IMG/VR virus record: IMGVR_UViG_3300037790_000007
Location: 1-41,989 of that record
Length of the DNA: 41,989 nucleotides
Origin: a virus
Lineage: Duplodnaviria > Caudoviricetes
Reading direction: 5' to 3' (one strand)
This document shows, piece after piece, positions 25,272 through 34,431 of the stretch; position 1 is the first letter of the stretch, and the number at the start of each line of letters is the position of its first letter. Position numbers and translations under genes: made by a program. The notes under the pieces are model-generated. The model was not told the DNA's origin. It searched no databases and worked only from the letters and a program-made list of their open reading frames with translations.

Positions 25272-26282
25272 ATGCCATCAGTTAGACTCGAAGATATTAT
25301 CGACGTTGTGGTCTTCCAAGACTTACCGAGCGTCGAAAGCACTAAACTAAACCGCTTTTTAGACGGCGGCGTGGTGGTTCAAAGCGAACTACTTAACACC
25401 CTAGCAAACGGTCCGGGTAAAACGGCCGAGTTGCCATTCTGGAACGACTTGGACGGCGACGACGAGGTGAACTACTCGACCGACGACCCGGATCAAGACG
25501 GCCCGACTTCTAAGGTCGCCCAAAGCGAGCAGAAAGCGCGTAAGGCTTTTGTGAACAAAGGCTGGAAAGCGACGGATCTCGCGTCCGAAATGGTGATGGG
25601 TGCCAAGGCAATGGAGCATATTCGCAACCGCACCGACAAGTATTTCCGCACTCAGTTCGAAAAGCGCGTGATCGCTTGTGCACAGGGCGTATACGCCGAC
25701 AACGTGGCGAACGACGACGGCGACATGGTGATCAACATTGCGACCGAAGACGGCGACAACGCGACCGACGCGAACCGTTTCAGCCGTAAGGCGTTTGTAT
25801 CGGCGGCGTTTACCGCTGGCGATCACTTCGACAATTACAGCGCCGTCGGTATGCATTCAATGGCTTATCAGCAAGCCGTTGATCAGGACGACGTCGAAGA
25901 CGTACGCGACGCAGACGGCCGCCTATTGTTCCAAACGTATATGGGCCGTCGCATCATCGTAGACGACTCACTGCCAGTATTACCGGGCTCAACGTCGGGT
26001 TTTAAATATATCACCATTCTTTACGGTGACGGCGCGATCGGTTGGGGCGAGGGCTCGCCAGAAATGCCGGTGGAAGTTGAGCGCAAAGCGTCCGGCGGTA
26101 ACGGCGGCGGCGTTGAAACGCTATGGCGTCGTAACACTTGGTTGGTGCACCCGTTCGGTTTTGACCTAGCAGCAGACCCGACGGGTATGTCGCACACGTT
26201 GGCGGAATTGCGCGCCGCTGCAACTTGGGATCGTAAAATCGATCGTAAGCTTGTACCAATGGCGTTTTTGATTCACAACTAA
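25272..26282 (+). CDS. major capsid protein
   Basis: 336 aa; ELPFWNDL, MHSMAY, TYMGRRIIVDDSLP, LVHPFGF, ELRAAATWDR. Confidence 0.9.
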   Translation: MPSVRLEDIIDVVVFQDLPSVESTKLNRFLDGGVVVQSELLNTLANGPGKTAELPFWNDLDGDDEVNYSTDDPDQDGPTSKVAQSEQKARKAFVNKGWKATDLASEMVMGAKAMEHIRNRTDKYFRTQFEKRVIACAQGVYADNVANDDGDMVINIATEDGDNATDANRFSRKAFVSAAFTAGDHFDNYSAVGMHSMAYQQAVDQDDVEDVRDADGRLLFQTYMGRRIIVDDSLPVLPGSTSGFKYITILYGDGAIGWGEGSPEMPVEVERKASGGNGGGVETLWRRNTWLVHPFGFDLAADPTGMSHTLAELRAAATWDRKIDRKLVPMAFLIHN

Positions 26283-26342
26283 ACGCGCGGGGCGGTCTTA
26301 ACAGGCCGCCAAGCCCTTAACACTTCAAAAAGGTGAACTAGC

Positions 26343-26507
26343 ATGGCAACAGCTAAAAAAGCGCCAGCGAAAGCGGCAGAGACCGAGAAGAAAGAAAAGC
26401 CGGTCGACTACGGCCTACAAGCGCGCAAAGCGGCGAAAGCCAAGATCGAGCGCGAGGCAGCCGAAGCGGCTAAGGCTAACGCCGAAGCCAAAAAGGCCGA
26501 GAAATAA
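26343..26507 (+). CDS. 54-aa Lys/Ala/Glu-rich protein (not in ORF track)
   Basis: MATAKKAPAKAAETEKKEKPVDYGLQARKAAKAKIEREAAEAAKANAEAKKAEK; AAGGTG RBS, double TAA stop, followed by a terminator. Confidence 0.75.
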   Translation: MATAKKAPAKAAETEKKEKPVDYGLQARKAAKAKIEREAAEAAKANAEAKKAEK

Positions 26508-26535
26508 TAAAAACGAACTTCCACTAAGCCAAAAG

Positions 26536-26559
26536 GGCGGGCCGGTGCCCGCCTTTTTT
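26536..26559 (+). terminator. intrinsic terminator after the capsid transcript
   Basis: GGCGGGC-CGGT-GCCCGCC followed by T6. Confidence 0.85.
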
Positions 26560-26578
26560 ATATTTAAGGGGCCGACAA

Positions 26579-27082
26579 ATGCCTTTAATAGTTGAAACAG
26601 GCGGAGCGCTGGAAAATGCCAACGGGTACACCGACGCCGCCACCGTGCGCGAATACTGGGAAGACCGCGCGCAAGTTATCGAAGCCGACGACATAGAAGT
26701 CGAAGCGGCGATCGTCGTGGCGAGCCAATTTGTTGATCTAAAGTTCGGCCCTCGCTTCATTGGCAAGAAAAAGAACCCGGATCAGGCGCTAGAATGGCCG
26801 AGAAAGTGCGCCGGGCCATATTCCGACACGTCGGTACCACGCCAACTAATTAAGGCCGTGGCGGAGTACGCAAAGCGCCAGGTCGACGCGCCGCTGCAGC
26901 CCGATCCCGGCACCGCTGGCGAAGTGGTCGAAACCACCGAAATTTTGCAAGGCGTCGGCGAACTTACCACCCGATACGCGGGGGGCACCGGCCGAACTGC
27001 AGACGATGTTCGCCACCCGCTCGCCGAGGGTTATCTCGCCCCGCTCTTAGGGATCGGCGGCATGAACTATCTTAAACGGTGA
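26579..27082 (+). CDS. head-tail adaptor (DnaT-like annotated family)
   Basis: LIVETGGALENANGY, QALEWPR, VPRQLIKAVAEYA, YLAPLL. Confidence 0.8.
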   Translation: MPLIVETGGALENANGYTDAATVREYWEDRAQVIEADDIEVEAAIVVASQFVDLKFGPRFIGKKKNPDQALEWPRKCAGPYSDTSVPRQLIKAVAEYAKRQVDAPLQPDPGTAGEVVETTEILQGVGELTTRYAGGTGRTADDVRHPLAEGYLAPLLGIGGMNYLKR

Positions 27083-27086
27083 TCAC

Positions 27087-27455
27087 ATGGCAACACTAAA
27101 ACAACGTTTTAACTCGCTGGCGGAGCGCCTTTTCGAACGCTTCGAAAGCGTCGCCGTTACCGCTTCACTTTTTGAGGTAGGGCAGCGAGACAAGATCACC
27201 GGCGAAGAAGTGGTACCCGCGAAAATCAGCGATCCGATCTCCATGCAACGCCCGCAGCTAGACCAGAAAGCCCGCGAGGCGTTCGGCATGGCTACGGATG
27301 AATTTTTATTGATCGCCCTTGTTCGCACCGTCCCGGAAGAACCCGTCGCGCATCGAACCGGCGTGGTGGTCGACGGGGTGCGCTATGAATTAAAAGCCGT
27401 AGGGAAAGACCCGGCCGGGGCGACGTATCGCTTAAGGTGCGCCGGTGGCGCTTAA
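27087..27455 (+). CDS. putative head closure protein
   Basis: Synteny; VDGVRYEL...DPAGATYRL. Confidence 0.6.
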   Translation: MATLKQRFNSLAERLFERFESVAVTASLFEVGQRDKITGEEVVPAKISDPISMQRPQLDQKAREAFGMATDEFLLIALVRTVPEEPVAHRTGVVVDGVRYELKAVGKDPAGATYRLRCAGGA

Positions 27456-27846
27456 TCCGTTCGGTATTGAACTAGGCCGGGACGTCGACCGGGCGATCGA
27501 AGAATTAGACGTCATTTGGAAAAGTTCAGTAATAACGCTTTTTAGCCGTGTGATCATCGGTACGCCCGTTCGCACCGGCTATGCTCGATCAGGTTGGCGC
27601 GTCGGTGAGAGCGTCGACGAGTTCCTACCCGCGCCGGTATCGGGCGAAGAAACGACGCAACGGCCAGCGCCTACAATTGAATTTAACGAGATCCCGGCCG
27701 TGGGGTCTTCGGTTTACCTTTTCGCGAATGTCGATTATCTTGAATACTTAGAAGACGGCACCAGCGACCAACGGCCGAACGGTTGGATCGAGCAAGAGGT
27801 CGAAAGATGGGGCGAAATAGTCGACGGGGTGGCAAGGTATGTATAA
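27445..27846 (+). CDS. HK97 gp10-like neck/tail completion protein
   Basis: TPVRTGYARSGW, NVDYLEYLEDGTSDQRPNGW. Confidence 0.75.
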   Translation: MALNPFGIELGRDVDRAIEELDVIWKSSVITLFSRVIIGTPVRTGYARSGWRVGESVDEFLPAPVSGEETTQRPAPTIEFNEIPAVGSSVYLFANVDYLEYLEDGTSDQRPNGWIEQEVERWGEIVDGVARYV

Positions 27847-28255
27847 AACAGATTTACGCGAAGCGGTGATCCGTTCAATAATAGACGGCGCGCTACCGTT
27901 CCCGGTGATATGGCCGAACGATACGGAAAAGCCGCCGAAGAATGCGACATGGGCGCGCGGCGCTATTACTAGATTAGACGGGGTGGGCGGGTCGCTCGGC
28001 CCCGGTGGAAAGGATAAATTTAACGGGTCGTTAGAATTTAAAATTTTCACCGAGCAGAAAACCACCGAGGCCGGGGCGTTTAACGCAATGGACCAGATCG
28101 GCGCGGTGGTTAAACGTGGTGCGGCTCTTACCGCTTCGAGTGGCGAAGCACAGATACGCATTACAGCGACAGGAACCCGGCCCGGATCCAACGTGGACGG
28201 CTGGCATTTAAACACATTACGCGCGGACTTTTTCGCGTACGTTAACGGGGGCTAA
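27839..28255 (+). CDS. tail terminator protein
   Basis: Synteny; VIWPN...PP...WAR pattern. Confidence 0.65.
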   Translation: MYKTDLREAVIRSIIDGALPFPVIWPNDTEKPPKNATWARGAITRLDGVGGSLGPGGKDKFNGSLEFKIFTEQKTTEAGAFNAMDQIGAVVKRGAALTASSGEAQIRITATGTRPGSNVDGWHLNTLRADFFAYVNGG

Positions 28256-28258
28256 ATT

Positions 28259-29191
28259 ATGGCTGAATTACACAGCGGTTTTGATGAAGAAGTCGGGATC
28301 GTAAAAGAACAAACACTAGGCGTAACGCCGCCTAACCCGCAATTTCAAATTTTACCCGTTTCGTCGTGCACGGTTAAGACCGCGCGCGAGACGTTGGAGT
28401 CTAACCGCCTCGGCGTAAACTCGCGTTTTGGTACTCGCTTAGGCGGTTACAACGTAAACGGCGATTTAGTCGGCGAACTTGTGTACGGCGCATTCGACGA
28501 CCTACTGGCCGCCGCCATTGGCGGGACGTGGGAAGTAGGGACGCCCGCAGCGGGCACAGATCAAGCGAAAGGAGGCCGAGGCCGCCAAGGCTTCACGGTT
28601 GTTCGTAAACGCGGTGACAAGGGCTACCAGTATTTCAGAGGGTGCGAAGTTAACAGCATTGCGTTAACTATCGGGCAAAACGCGGCGGTTTCTTGCACTT
28701 ACAACATGCTAGGGCTTGAAGAACTGAAAGACAACACGGCGATCACGGGTCAGGATCTTTTACCTATGACCGAGGCGTACCCGTTTACCGGGTTCGACGT
28801 AGCCGTGACGCAAGGTGGGCAAGTGGTGGCGATCGCCACGGCGGCGACTATCAACGTAAACCGTAATTTAACGGCGTCGTTTAACCTCGGTTCGTACGTG
28901 GCGGGCAGTAAAGCGCCGGGGAAATTGCTTGTAGATGGGACGCTGACCGTCGATTTTGTCGATATGGCTTACCAACAAGCGTTTTTAAACGAGACGCGAT
29001 CGGACTTAGAGCTGCAGTTTACCGACTACCAGACCGGCGACGTTAAGTATATTAAACTGCCAAACTTGCTCTACACTCAAAAGCAAGACGACACCACCAG
29101 CGACGGCCCGGTGCCTATTGTTTTGAACTACTACGGCGAATACGACGCCGCAGAGCAAACAAGCATTATTTTAGAAAGGACACCGGCGTAA
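28259..29191 (+). CDS. major tail tube protein
   Basis: EQTLGVTP, LESNRL, NVNGDLVGEL.YGAFDDLLAAA, FRGCEVNS. Confidence 0.85.
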   Translation: MAELHSGFDEEVGIVKEQTLGVTPPNPQFQILPVSSCTVKTARETLESNRLGVNSRFGTRLGGYNVNGDLVGELVYGAFDDLLAAAIGGTWEVGTPAAGTDQAKGGRGRQGFTVVRKRGDKGYQYFRGCEVNSIALTIGQNAAVSCTYNMLGLEELKDNTAITGQDLLPMTEAYPFTGFDVAVTQGGQVVAIATAATINVNRNLTASFNLGSYVAGSKAPGKLLVDGTLTVDFVDMAYQQAFLNETRSDLELQFTDYQTGDVKYIKLPNLLYTQKQDDTTSDGPVPIVLNYYGEYDAAEQTSIILERTPA

Positions 29192-29580
29192 TGAGACTTG
29201 ATGACATACCAGACCCGGACGAGGGCGAGGAAATCAAAGTCGAGCATAACGGGATCGAGGTGTTTATCACTTCGACCCTGTCTTCGGCTTACAACGATTA
29301 CTTATCACTCGCTAACCGACGCGTTGCAAAAGGCTTGATCAATATCGAGACGGCCGAGGGTAACGGACAGATTAACCGAGAGGGGGCCGCGCATTTGGTG
29401 CGCCGCTGGAACCTAGACGACGAACTCACGATCGAGGGCGCGGTGAGTCTATTCCGCAAGGTGCCCGACTTGCTTAAAAAAGTACAGATCGAAGCCTCAG
29501 CGGCGGCGGTTAGCTTGGGAAAGCAATCGGACAACTCGAACGATACGCCGAAGCCTACTACCGATTCGCCCAACGAGTAG
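29191..29580 (+). CDS. tail assembly chaperone (lambda gpG-like)
   Basis: Between tube and tape-measure genes; carries the slippery site G GGA AAG at 29517-29523. Confidence 0.75.
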   Translation: MRLDDIPDPDEGEEIKVEHNGIEVFITSTLSSAYNDYLSLANRRVAKGLINIETAEGNGQINREGAAHLVRRWNLDDELTIEGAVSLFRKVPDLLKKVQIEASAAAVSLGKQSDNSNDTPKPTTDSPNE

Positions 29581-29996
29581 ATCCCAAGGATCCCAACTCG
29601 AAGACGCTCGGCGAGACTAACGAGAGACGCGTCGAGAAAGCGAAAGAGTACGGCACAAGGATCGATCCCGAGTGGTTACTACCCGAGGCACCCGAAACAC
29701 TGGGTTACTTGTGGACGCACCACCGGGATCTAAGTCTCGCCGAGTTTAGCGCGTCAAACGTGCACCACCATTTTACTAATTTAGGCACGACGCCGCAGCC
29801 GTTCGAATATCACATTTTATTAAGGTTGGAGCGCGTCAGGAGGTTGTCACAGTGTCAACAGTTGAGATCCGCGCGGACAGTTCCCAAGTCGAAACAGCCA
29901 CGGCCCGACTCAAAGAACTTAAAAACGAAGGAAACGCGACAGCTACGGCAGCGGATCGCGTCGAGTCTTCAACAGGCCGCGCGAACCAAGCAATAA
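29517..29996 (+). CDS. -1 frameshift extension of the tail chaperone (gpGT-like)
   Basis: The -1 frame is open from the GGGAAAG heptamer (GKAIGQLERYAEAYYRF...PEAPETLGYLWTHHRDL) to the stop at 29996. Confidence 0.75.
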   Translation, partial: GKAIGQLERYAEAYYRFAQRVDPKDPNSKTLGETNERRVEKAKEYGTRIDPEWLLPEAPETLGYLWTHHRDLSLAEFSASNVHHHFTNLGTTPQPFEYHILLRLERVRRLSQCQQLRSARTVPKSKQPRPDSKNLKTKETRQLRQRIASSLQQAARTKQ

Positions 29997-32560
29997 GCGC
30001 AGCGGCGGCCGTATCAGGCCAAGCCGCCGCAGCACAAACCAAACTAAACACCTCGTTAAGTCAGGGTGTGACCGCTTCGCAAAAATTCACCAGTGAGTTA
30101 AGCGGGGCGCGCGGTGCCTTGCTCGACTTCATAACGCAACAGGTGAAAGCCGGGCGCGTTATCAGTGACACCGGGGAAGTGCTAAACGCCAACGGCACCA
30201 AAGCGACCGAGGCGACCACCAAGTATGCCAAGCTAACCGGCCAATTCGTAAACCTACAAAATACGGCGGATAACGTCGCCGACGCTATGGAACGCGCAGC
30301 ACAAGGCACGGCGCGCAACGTCGCCGCAGCACAAGCCGCAGCCGCAGCCGAAGAACGACTGCAGCAAGAGGCGCGCGAAGTAGCCGAGCAGATCGAGAAA
30401 CAGATCGGCATAACTAACCGGGCAGCCGCAGCGCGCCGGGCGTACGCAGAAAGCGCAGACGTCGCCGCAGCCGGGGCGGGTCGATTCGGTGCCAAGGCAG
30501 CGCAAGCCGGGATCCAGATTGAACAGCTTGTGACGAGTCTGTCAGCCGGTGCGCCGATCGCACAGTCTTTCGCATTCCAAGCGGCCGACCTTGGTATCGT
30601 ATTAGGCGCGCCATTAATCGGTTCGATTGTCGCCGTTTCGGCAGCCTTAGCCGGGCCATTTATTAACAGCCTTTTCGACGGTGCCAGCGCTTCGGACAGA
30701 CTCGCCGACGCCTTAGACCGGGTCGACCGGGTGATCACCAACTCGAACAGCGGCGGGATCATCGAATACACCGACGCGATCCGCGAACTGGCAAAGGTTA
30801 GCGAAGAAGCCGCACGCGGCCGACTACGCGCCGCCATTTTAGACGCCGAAGACGCAGCCCGCGCAGCTTCACAAGGGATCGCCGATAGCTTTCAAGACGC
30901 GTTCGATCTTGGCGACTTTATCGCGGGTAATTTAGAAGACGCGATCAGCGCAGCACGCGCGGCGGGTGACAGCATCGGCCCGGCGTTAACTACCGGGATC
31001 GGCCGAACGCTTGAAAACAACATAGCCGACCAACTCGGCGCGGCGTTAGGTGGTACGACCGAAGAAGCGCGAGAGTTAGGTACCGAGATCGTGAACCTTA
31101 TCGCGGCGGCGGAGCAGTTCAAGACACCCGAGGCGTTTAGAGAAATCGAAGAACGGCTAAACAGCCTGGCCGAAAACGCCACGCCCCGGACTCGCGACCA
31201 GATCGACCGCTTGATCGGCTCTATTTCGGAATTCGTCGACAAGGGCGTCGAGGCGGGCGACAAGTTGGAGCGCTTAAACTTCGACGTATCAAGCGAGGGT
31301 ACACTGCAGACCGAGCCGGTTAAAAACTATTCCGACGCGGTCGACAGTCTGATCCAACAGCTAACCATACAAGACAAGACCCTAAGAGAGGGCGAGCTGG
31401 CCGGGCAACTCTACGCGGCCGCACTGGCGACGGGTAAGGAGTCAGTCGACGACCTCGACCCGGTGATCGTTTCACTGATCAAGTCGATTTACGACCAAAA
31501 GCAAGCCAGCGAAGACGCCGCGCAAGCAAAGCGCGACGAAGCCGCAGCAAACAACGATTTACGAAAAGAGTTAGCCGAGGAAGAACGCGCACGCCAAGCC
31601 GCTAAGAAAGCGCTAGAAGACCAGCAACGCGAACTAGAACGGTATGGCGCATTCGTTAGACAGATCGAAGCGGAAAACAACCCGGCGGAACGTGCGCGCC
31701 AGATTTACGAAGAACGGCTGCAGATCATTCAAGACCATTACGGTTTTGTTTCTCAGCTAGAAGCCGAAAACACCGAGGAGGGGATCGCAGCCCTTAAGCG
31801 TTACGAAGAAGCGCTCGACGACCTTAAAAAGAAAACGGAAAACGGCCTTTTTGATGATCTAGCCAGTGAAATGGATAGCCTATCCAACACGGTAAGCGGT
31901 ACCGCCGCTTCGGTTGCGCTAGGCTTTCAAGACGGCGAAGACGCGGCCGCCAGCCTTGCGCGAACTATCGGTACGCAATTACTCGGCACCGTGATCAACT
32001 GGGGTATCGAGACCGCCGCGTCGGCGCTTAAAGGCATGATCGCCACGCAAACCGCCGAGGCGGGCAAAACGGCCGCTATCACCGGCGCGATCGGCACGCA
32101 AACCGCAGCGGCCACAACGGCGGCCGGAGTGGTTGCCGGGGCGCAAACGGCGGCAGTAACAACAATCGGAGCGGCAGCTGCACCCGCAGCGGCGGCGACG
32201 TCAATCGCTACCGGGGGCGGCGCGGCTATCTCAGGCACGGCGATCGCCCTTGGCGGTATCGCGGCCATTTTGGCGGCGCTTGCTATCGGTGGACGTAGTC
32301 AGGGCGGTAATGTTCGAGGCGGCCAGCTTTACCGGGTGAACGAGTGGGATCAAGAGTTCTTTATGCCTCACACCGACGGCCGGATCGTAACGCCTCGCGA
32401 CGCCAGGCAAGGCACAGCGGCGGGTAACAGCGTCGTAATGAATAACGTAATGAATGTTACAACGTCGAGCGTTCGCGAATTTACCCGCCCGCGTTCACGT
32501 CGTCAGTTAGAAGCGGCGCAATACCGAGGCTATCAGCGCGCGTATGAAAGGAACCGTTAA
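29852..32560 (+). CDS. tail tape measure protein
   Basis: 902 aa, Ala-rich helical; AGGAGG RBS before GTG; C-terminal GGRSQGG...YRVNE...FFMP...GRIV. Confidence 0.9.
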   Translation: MSTVEIRADSSQVETATARLKELKNEGNATATAADRVESSTGRANQAISAAAAVSGQAAAAQTKLNTSLSQGVTASQKFTSELSGARGALLDFITQQVKAGRVISDTGEVLNANGTKATEATTKYAKLTGQFVNLQNTADNVADAMERAAQGTARNVAAAQAAAAAEERLQQEAREVAEQIEKQIGITNRAAAARRAYAESADVAAAGAGRFGAKAAQAGIQIEQLVTSLSAGAPIAQSFAFQAADLGIVLGAPLIGSIVAVSAALAGPFINSLFDGASASDRLADALDRVDRVITNSNSGGIIEYTDAIRELAKVSEEAARGRLRAAILDAEDAARAASQGIADSFQDAFDLGDFIAGNLEDAISAARAAGDSIGPALTTGIGRTLENNIADQLGAALGGTTEEARELGTEIVNLIAAAEQFKTPEAFREIEERLNSLAENATPRTRDQIDRLIGSISEFVDKGVEAGDKLERLNFDVSSEGTLQTEPVKNYSDAVDSLIQQLTIQDKTLREGELAGQLYAAALATGKESVDDLDPVIVSLIKSIYDQKQASEDAAQAKRDEAAANNDLRKELAEEERARQAAKKALEDQQRELERYGAFVRQIEAENNPAERARQIYEERLQIIQDHYGFVSQLEAENTEEGIAALKRYEEALDDLKKKTENGLFDDLASEMDSLSNTVSGTAASVALGFQDGEDAAASLARTIGTQLLGTVINWGIETAASALKGMIATQTAEAGKTAAITGAIGTQTAAATTAAGVVAGAQTAAVTTIGAAAAPAAAATSIATGGGAAISGTAIALGGIAAILAALAIGGRSQGGNVRGGQLYRVNEWDQEFFMPHTDGRIVTPRDARQGTAAGNSVVMNNVMNVTTSSVREFTRPRSRRQLEAAQYRGYQRAYERNR

Positions 32561-32562
32561 CC

Positions 32563-33189
32563 ATGTTTATAAATGAAATTTTCCCGGAAGATATAAGCAA
32601 CGGCGCGCAGGGTGGCCCGCGTTACAGCACAAGCCGCACCGAGTCGCTAAACGGCCGCGTTAAAAAGAATATCAACTGGGAGTACCCGTTACACTCTTAC
32701 GACGTGGCGTTCGGCGTACGCTCGTTCGAGGACTTACACAAGGTTTTAAGCTTTTTTCACGTTGCCGAGGGTGCCGCGCATTCGTTTCGGTTTAAAGATT
32801 GGTTCGACTATAAAAGTTGTTTGCCTCACGACGAGATAAGCCGAAGCGATCAGTTAATCGGAACCGGCGACGGCACAACCCGGACTTTTCAACTAGTAAA
32901 GCGCTACACCGTCGGGCCGCATGTGAAATTTCGCCGTATCAACAAGCCGCGCTTAAATACGTTAATCGTTGCGTTTAGCGGCTTAAACGTCGACCCGGCC
33001 GGTTACACGGTGGACGAGTTCGGGCGGCTTACTTTCTTGTCGGCACCCACGCCCGGAACCTTGATCACGGCGGGTTATGAGTTCGACGTCCCGGTAAGCT
33101 TTGAAGAAGACGACCTACCGACTAACCTCGACGGCTACGACAACGGAACCGTTAACGTGGTGCTAACAGAAGAAAGGCTGATCCCATGA
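32563..33189 (+). CDS. distal tail protein, DUF2460 (GTA-like)
   Basis: FPEDISNGAQGGP.YST, FRFKDWFDYKS, IGTGDGTTRTFQLVKRY, ITAGYEFDVPV.F. Confidence 0.88.
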   Translation: MFINEIFPEDISNGAQGGPRYSTSRTESLNGRVKKNINWEYPLHSYDVAFGVRSFEDLHKVLSFFHVAEGAAHSFRFKDWFDYKSCLPHDEISRSDQLIGTGDGTTRTFQLVKRYTVGPHVKFRRINKPRLNTLIVAFSGLNVDPAGYTVDEFGRLTFLSAPTPGTLITAGYEFDVPVSFEEDDLPTNLDGYDNGTVNVVLTEERLIP

Positions 33190-34031
33190 GTAGAGCGATC
33201 GATAATATCTTACGCGAGCATTTGATCGAAACCGTCACCACCTTGGCGACGTGTTGGCGCGTTACGCGCACGGACGGCGTCGTGGTGGGCTTTACGTCGC
33301 ATGATTCAAGCATAGAGGCGGGCGGCTTGGTTTTTAAAGCCTCGGGCGTCTCACAGACCGACACGGCCGCGACGATGGGGCTAGACGTCGACACAACCGA
33401 AGTTCACGGATTGATAGACGACGAAGACGGCGTCCCGGAGCAAGTTTTAAACAAGCTTTACGACGGCGCAAAAATTGACGTTTTCGAACTGAACTATAAA
33501 AACCCACCGGCGGAGATTACCGAGACCTCGGTTATTTGGGTTAAAAGTGGCGTAGTGGGTGACGCTATCCGGGAGCGCGGCGCGTGGATTATCGAAGCCC
33601 GGACGCTTACGGACCTATTAAGACAGTCGAACAGCGTTAAAACATCGCGCCTATGCCGCGCAGAGTTCGGCGATCACAATTGCCGGGCAGACTTAAGCCA
33701 ATACCGAAAAAGCGGCTTTATAACCGGTTACAGCGGCCGCGTTGTCTCGATCAATATACCGAACTTAGGCGTAAATGACGCCCGGCGCGGATTGCTCGAA
33801 CTATCCAACGGGGTCAAATTCGACATAGACAGCAACACGGCGGACAGACTAACATTGACCGAGCCGCCCGCGTTCGATCCGACGGGTTTAACTGGCGTCG
33901 TGACGTTCGGCTGCAATAAGTGGATCACCGACTGCCAAAAGTATAACAACATGCTTAATTATTACGGTGAACCTTATGTGCCAGATTCCGACGACTGGGT
34001 CGCGGGCTTCTTCAATACAGTTAATTTGTAA
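33186..34031 (+). CDS. baseplate hub protein, DUF2163 (GTA-like)
   Basis: TTLATCWRVTRTDG...GFTSHD, CRAEFGD..C, GCNK....C..YNNMLNYYGEP.VP. Confidence 0.88.
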   Translation: MSRAIDNILREHLIETVTTLATCWRVTRTDGVVVGFTSHDSSIEAGGLVFKASGVSQTDTAATMGLDVDTTEVHGLIDDEDGVPEQVLNKLYDGAKIDVFELNYKNPPAEITETSVIWVKSGVVGDAIRERGAWIIEARTLTDLLRQSNSVKTSRLCRAEFGDHNCRADLSQYRKSGFITGYSGRVVSINIPNLGVNDARRGLLELSNGVKFDIDSNTADRLTLTEPPAFDPTGLTGVVTFGCNKWITDCQKYNNMLNYYGEPYVPDSDDWVAGFFNTVNL

Positions 34032-34431
34032 CGCCGCTCGCAGTTTCAAAAACACACCTTACAAACACCAAGGACGGACACCGGGCGCGGGGCTGGATTG
34101 CATAGGACTTGTAATGGCCGCGCACGAAACCGCCGGGGTCGAGTTCGACCTACCTACCGACTATTCGCGGGTGCCTCGCCCGGCTCTACTGCTTAAGCAC
34201 TTAGGGCGCTACTGTCACACCGTACCCGTGCAAGAAATGGCCGCCGGTGATATTCTTCTACTAAAGCTTCGCAAATTCCCGCAACACTTGGCGCTATACG
34301 TCGGAGAAAATACGATCGTTCATAGCTACCAAGCCGCGCGGAAAGTAATCGAACAAAGTCTGGATCCGCGTACGTTTAAGCAGATCCACACAGTACATAG
34401 GTTAAAAGAATGGGATCATTATTCAGCGTAG
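33976..34431 (+). CDS. NlpC/P60 tail-associated peptidase (start uncertain)
   Basis: TPYKHQGR..G.GLDCIGLV, AGDILL, PQHLALY, IVHSY. Confidence 0.85.
   Translation: MCQIPTTGSRASSIQLICNAARSFKNTPYKHQGRTPGAGLDCIGLVMAAHETAGVEFDLPTDYSRVPRPALLLKHLGRYCHTVPVQEMAAGDILLLKLRKFPQHLALYVGENTIVHSYQAARKVIEQSLDPRTFKQIHTVHRLKEWDHYSA

Noticed and set aside
26579-27082. DnaT-like replication protein
   Set aside because: Position after the capsid gene fits the head-tail adaptor family that often gets this label.
30061-32268. Long antisense ORFs inside the tape-measure gene and similar ones in other large genes
   Set aside because: Expected from GC-rich, Ala-biased codon usage; no RBS or recognisable motifs.
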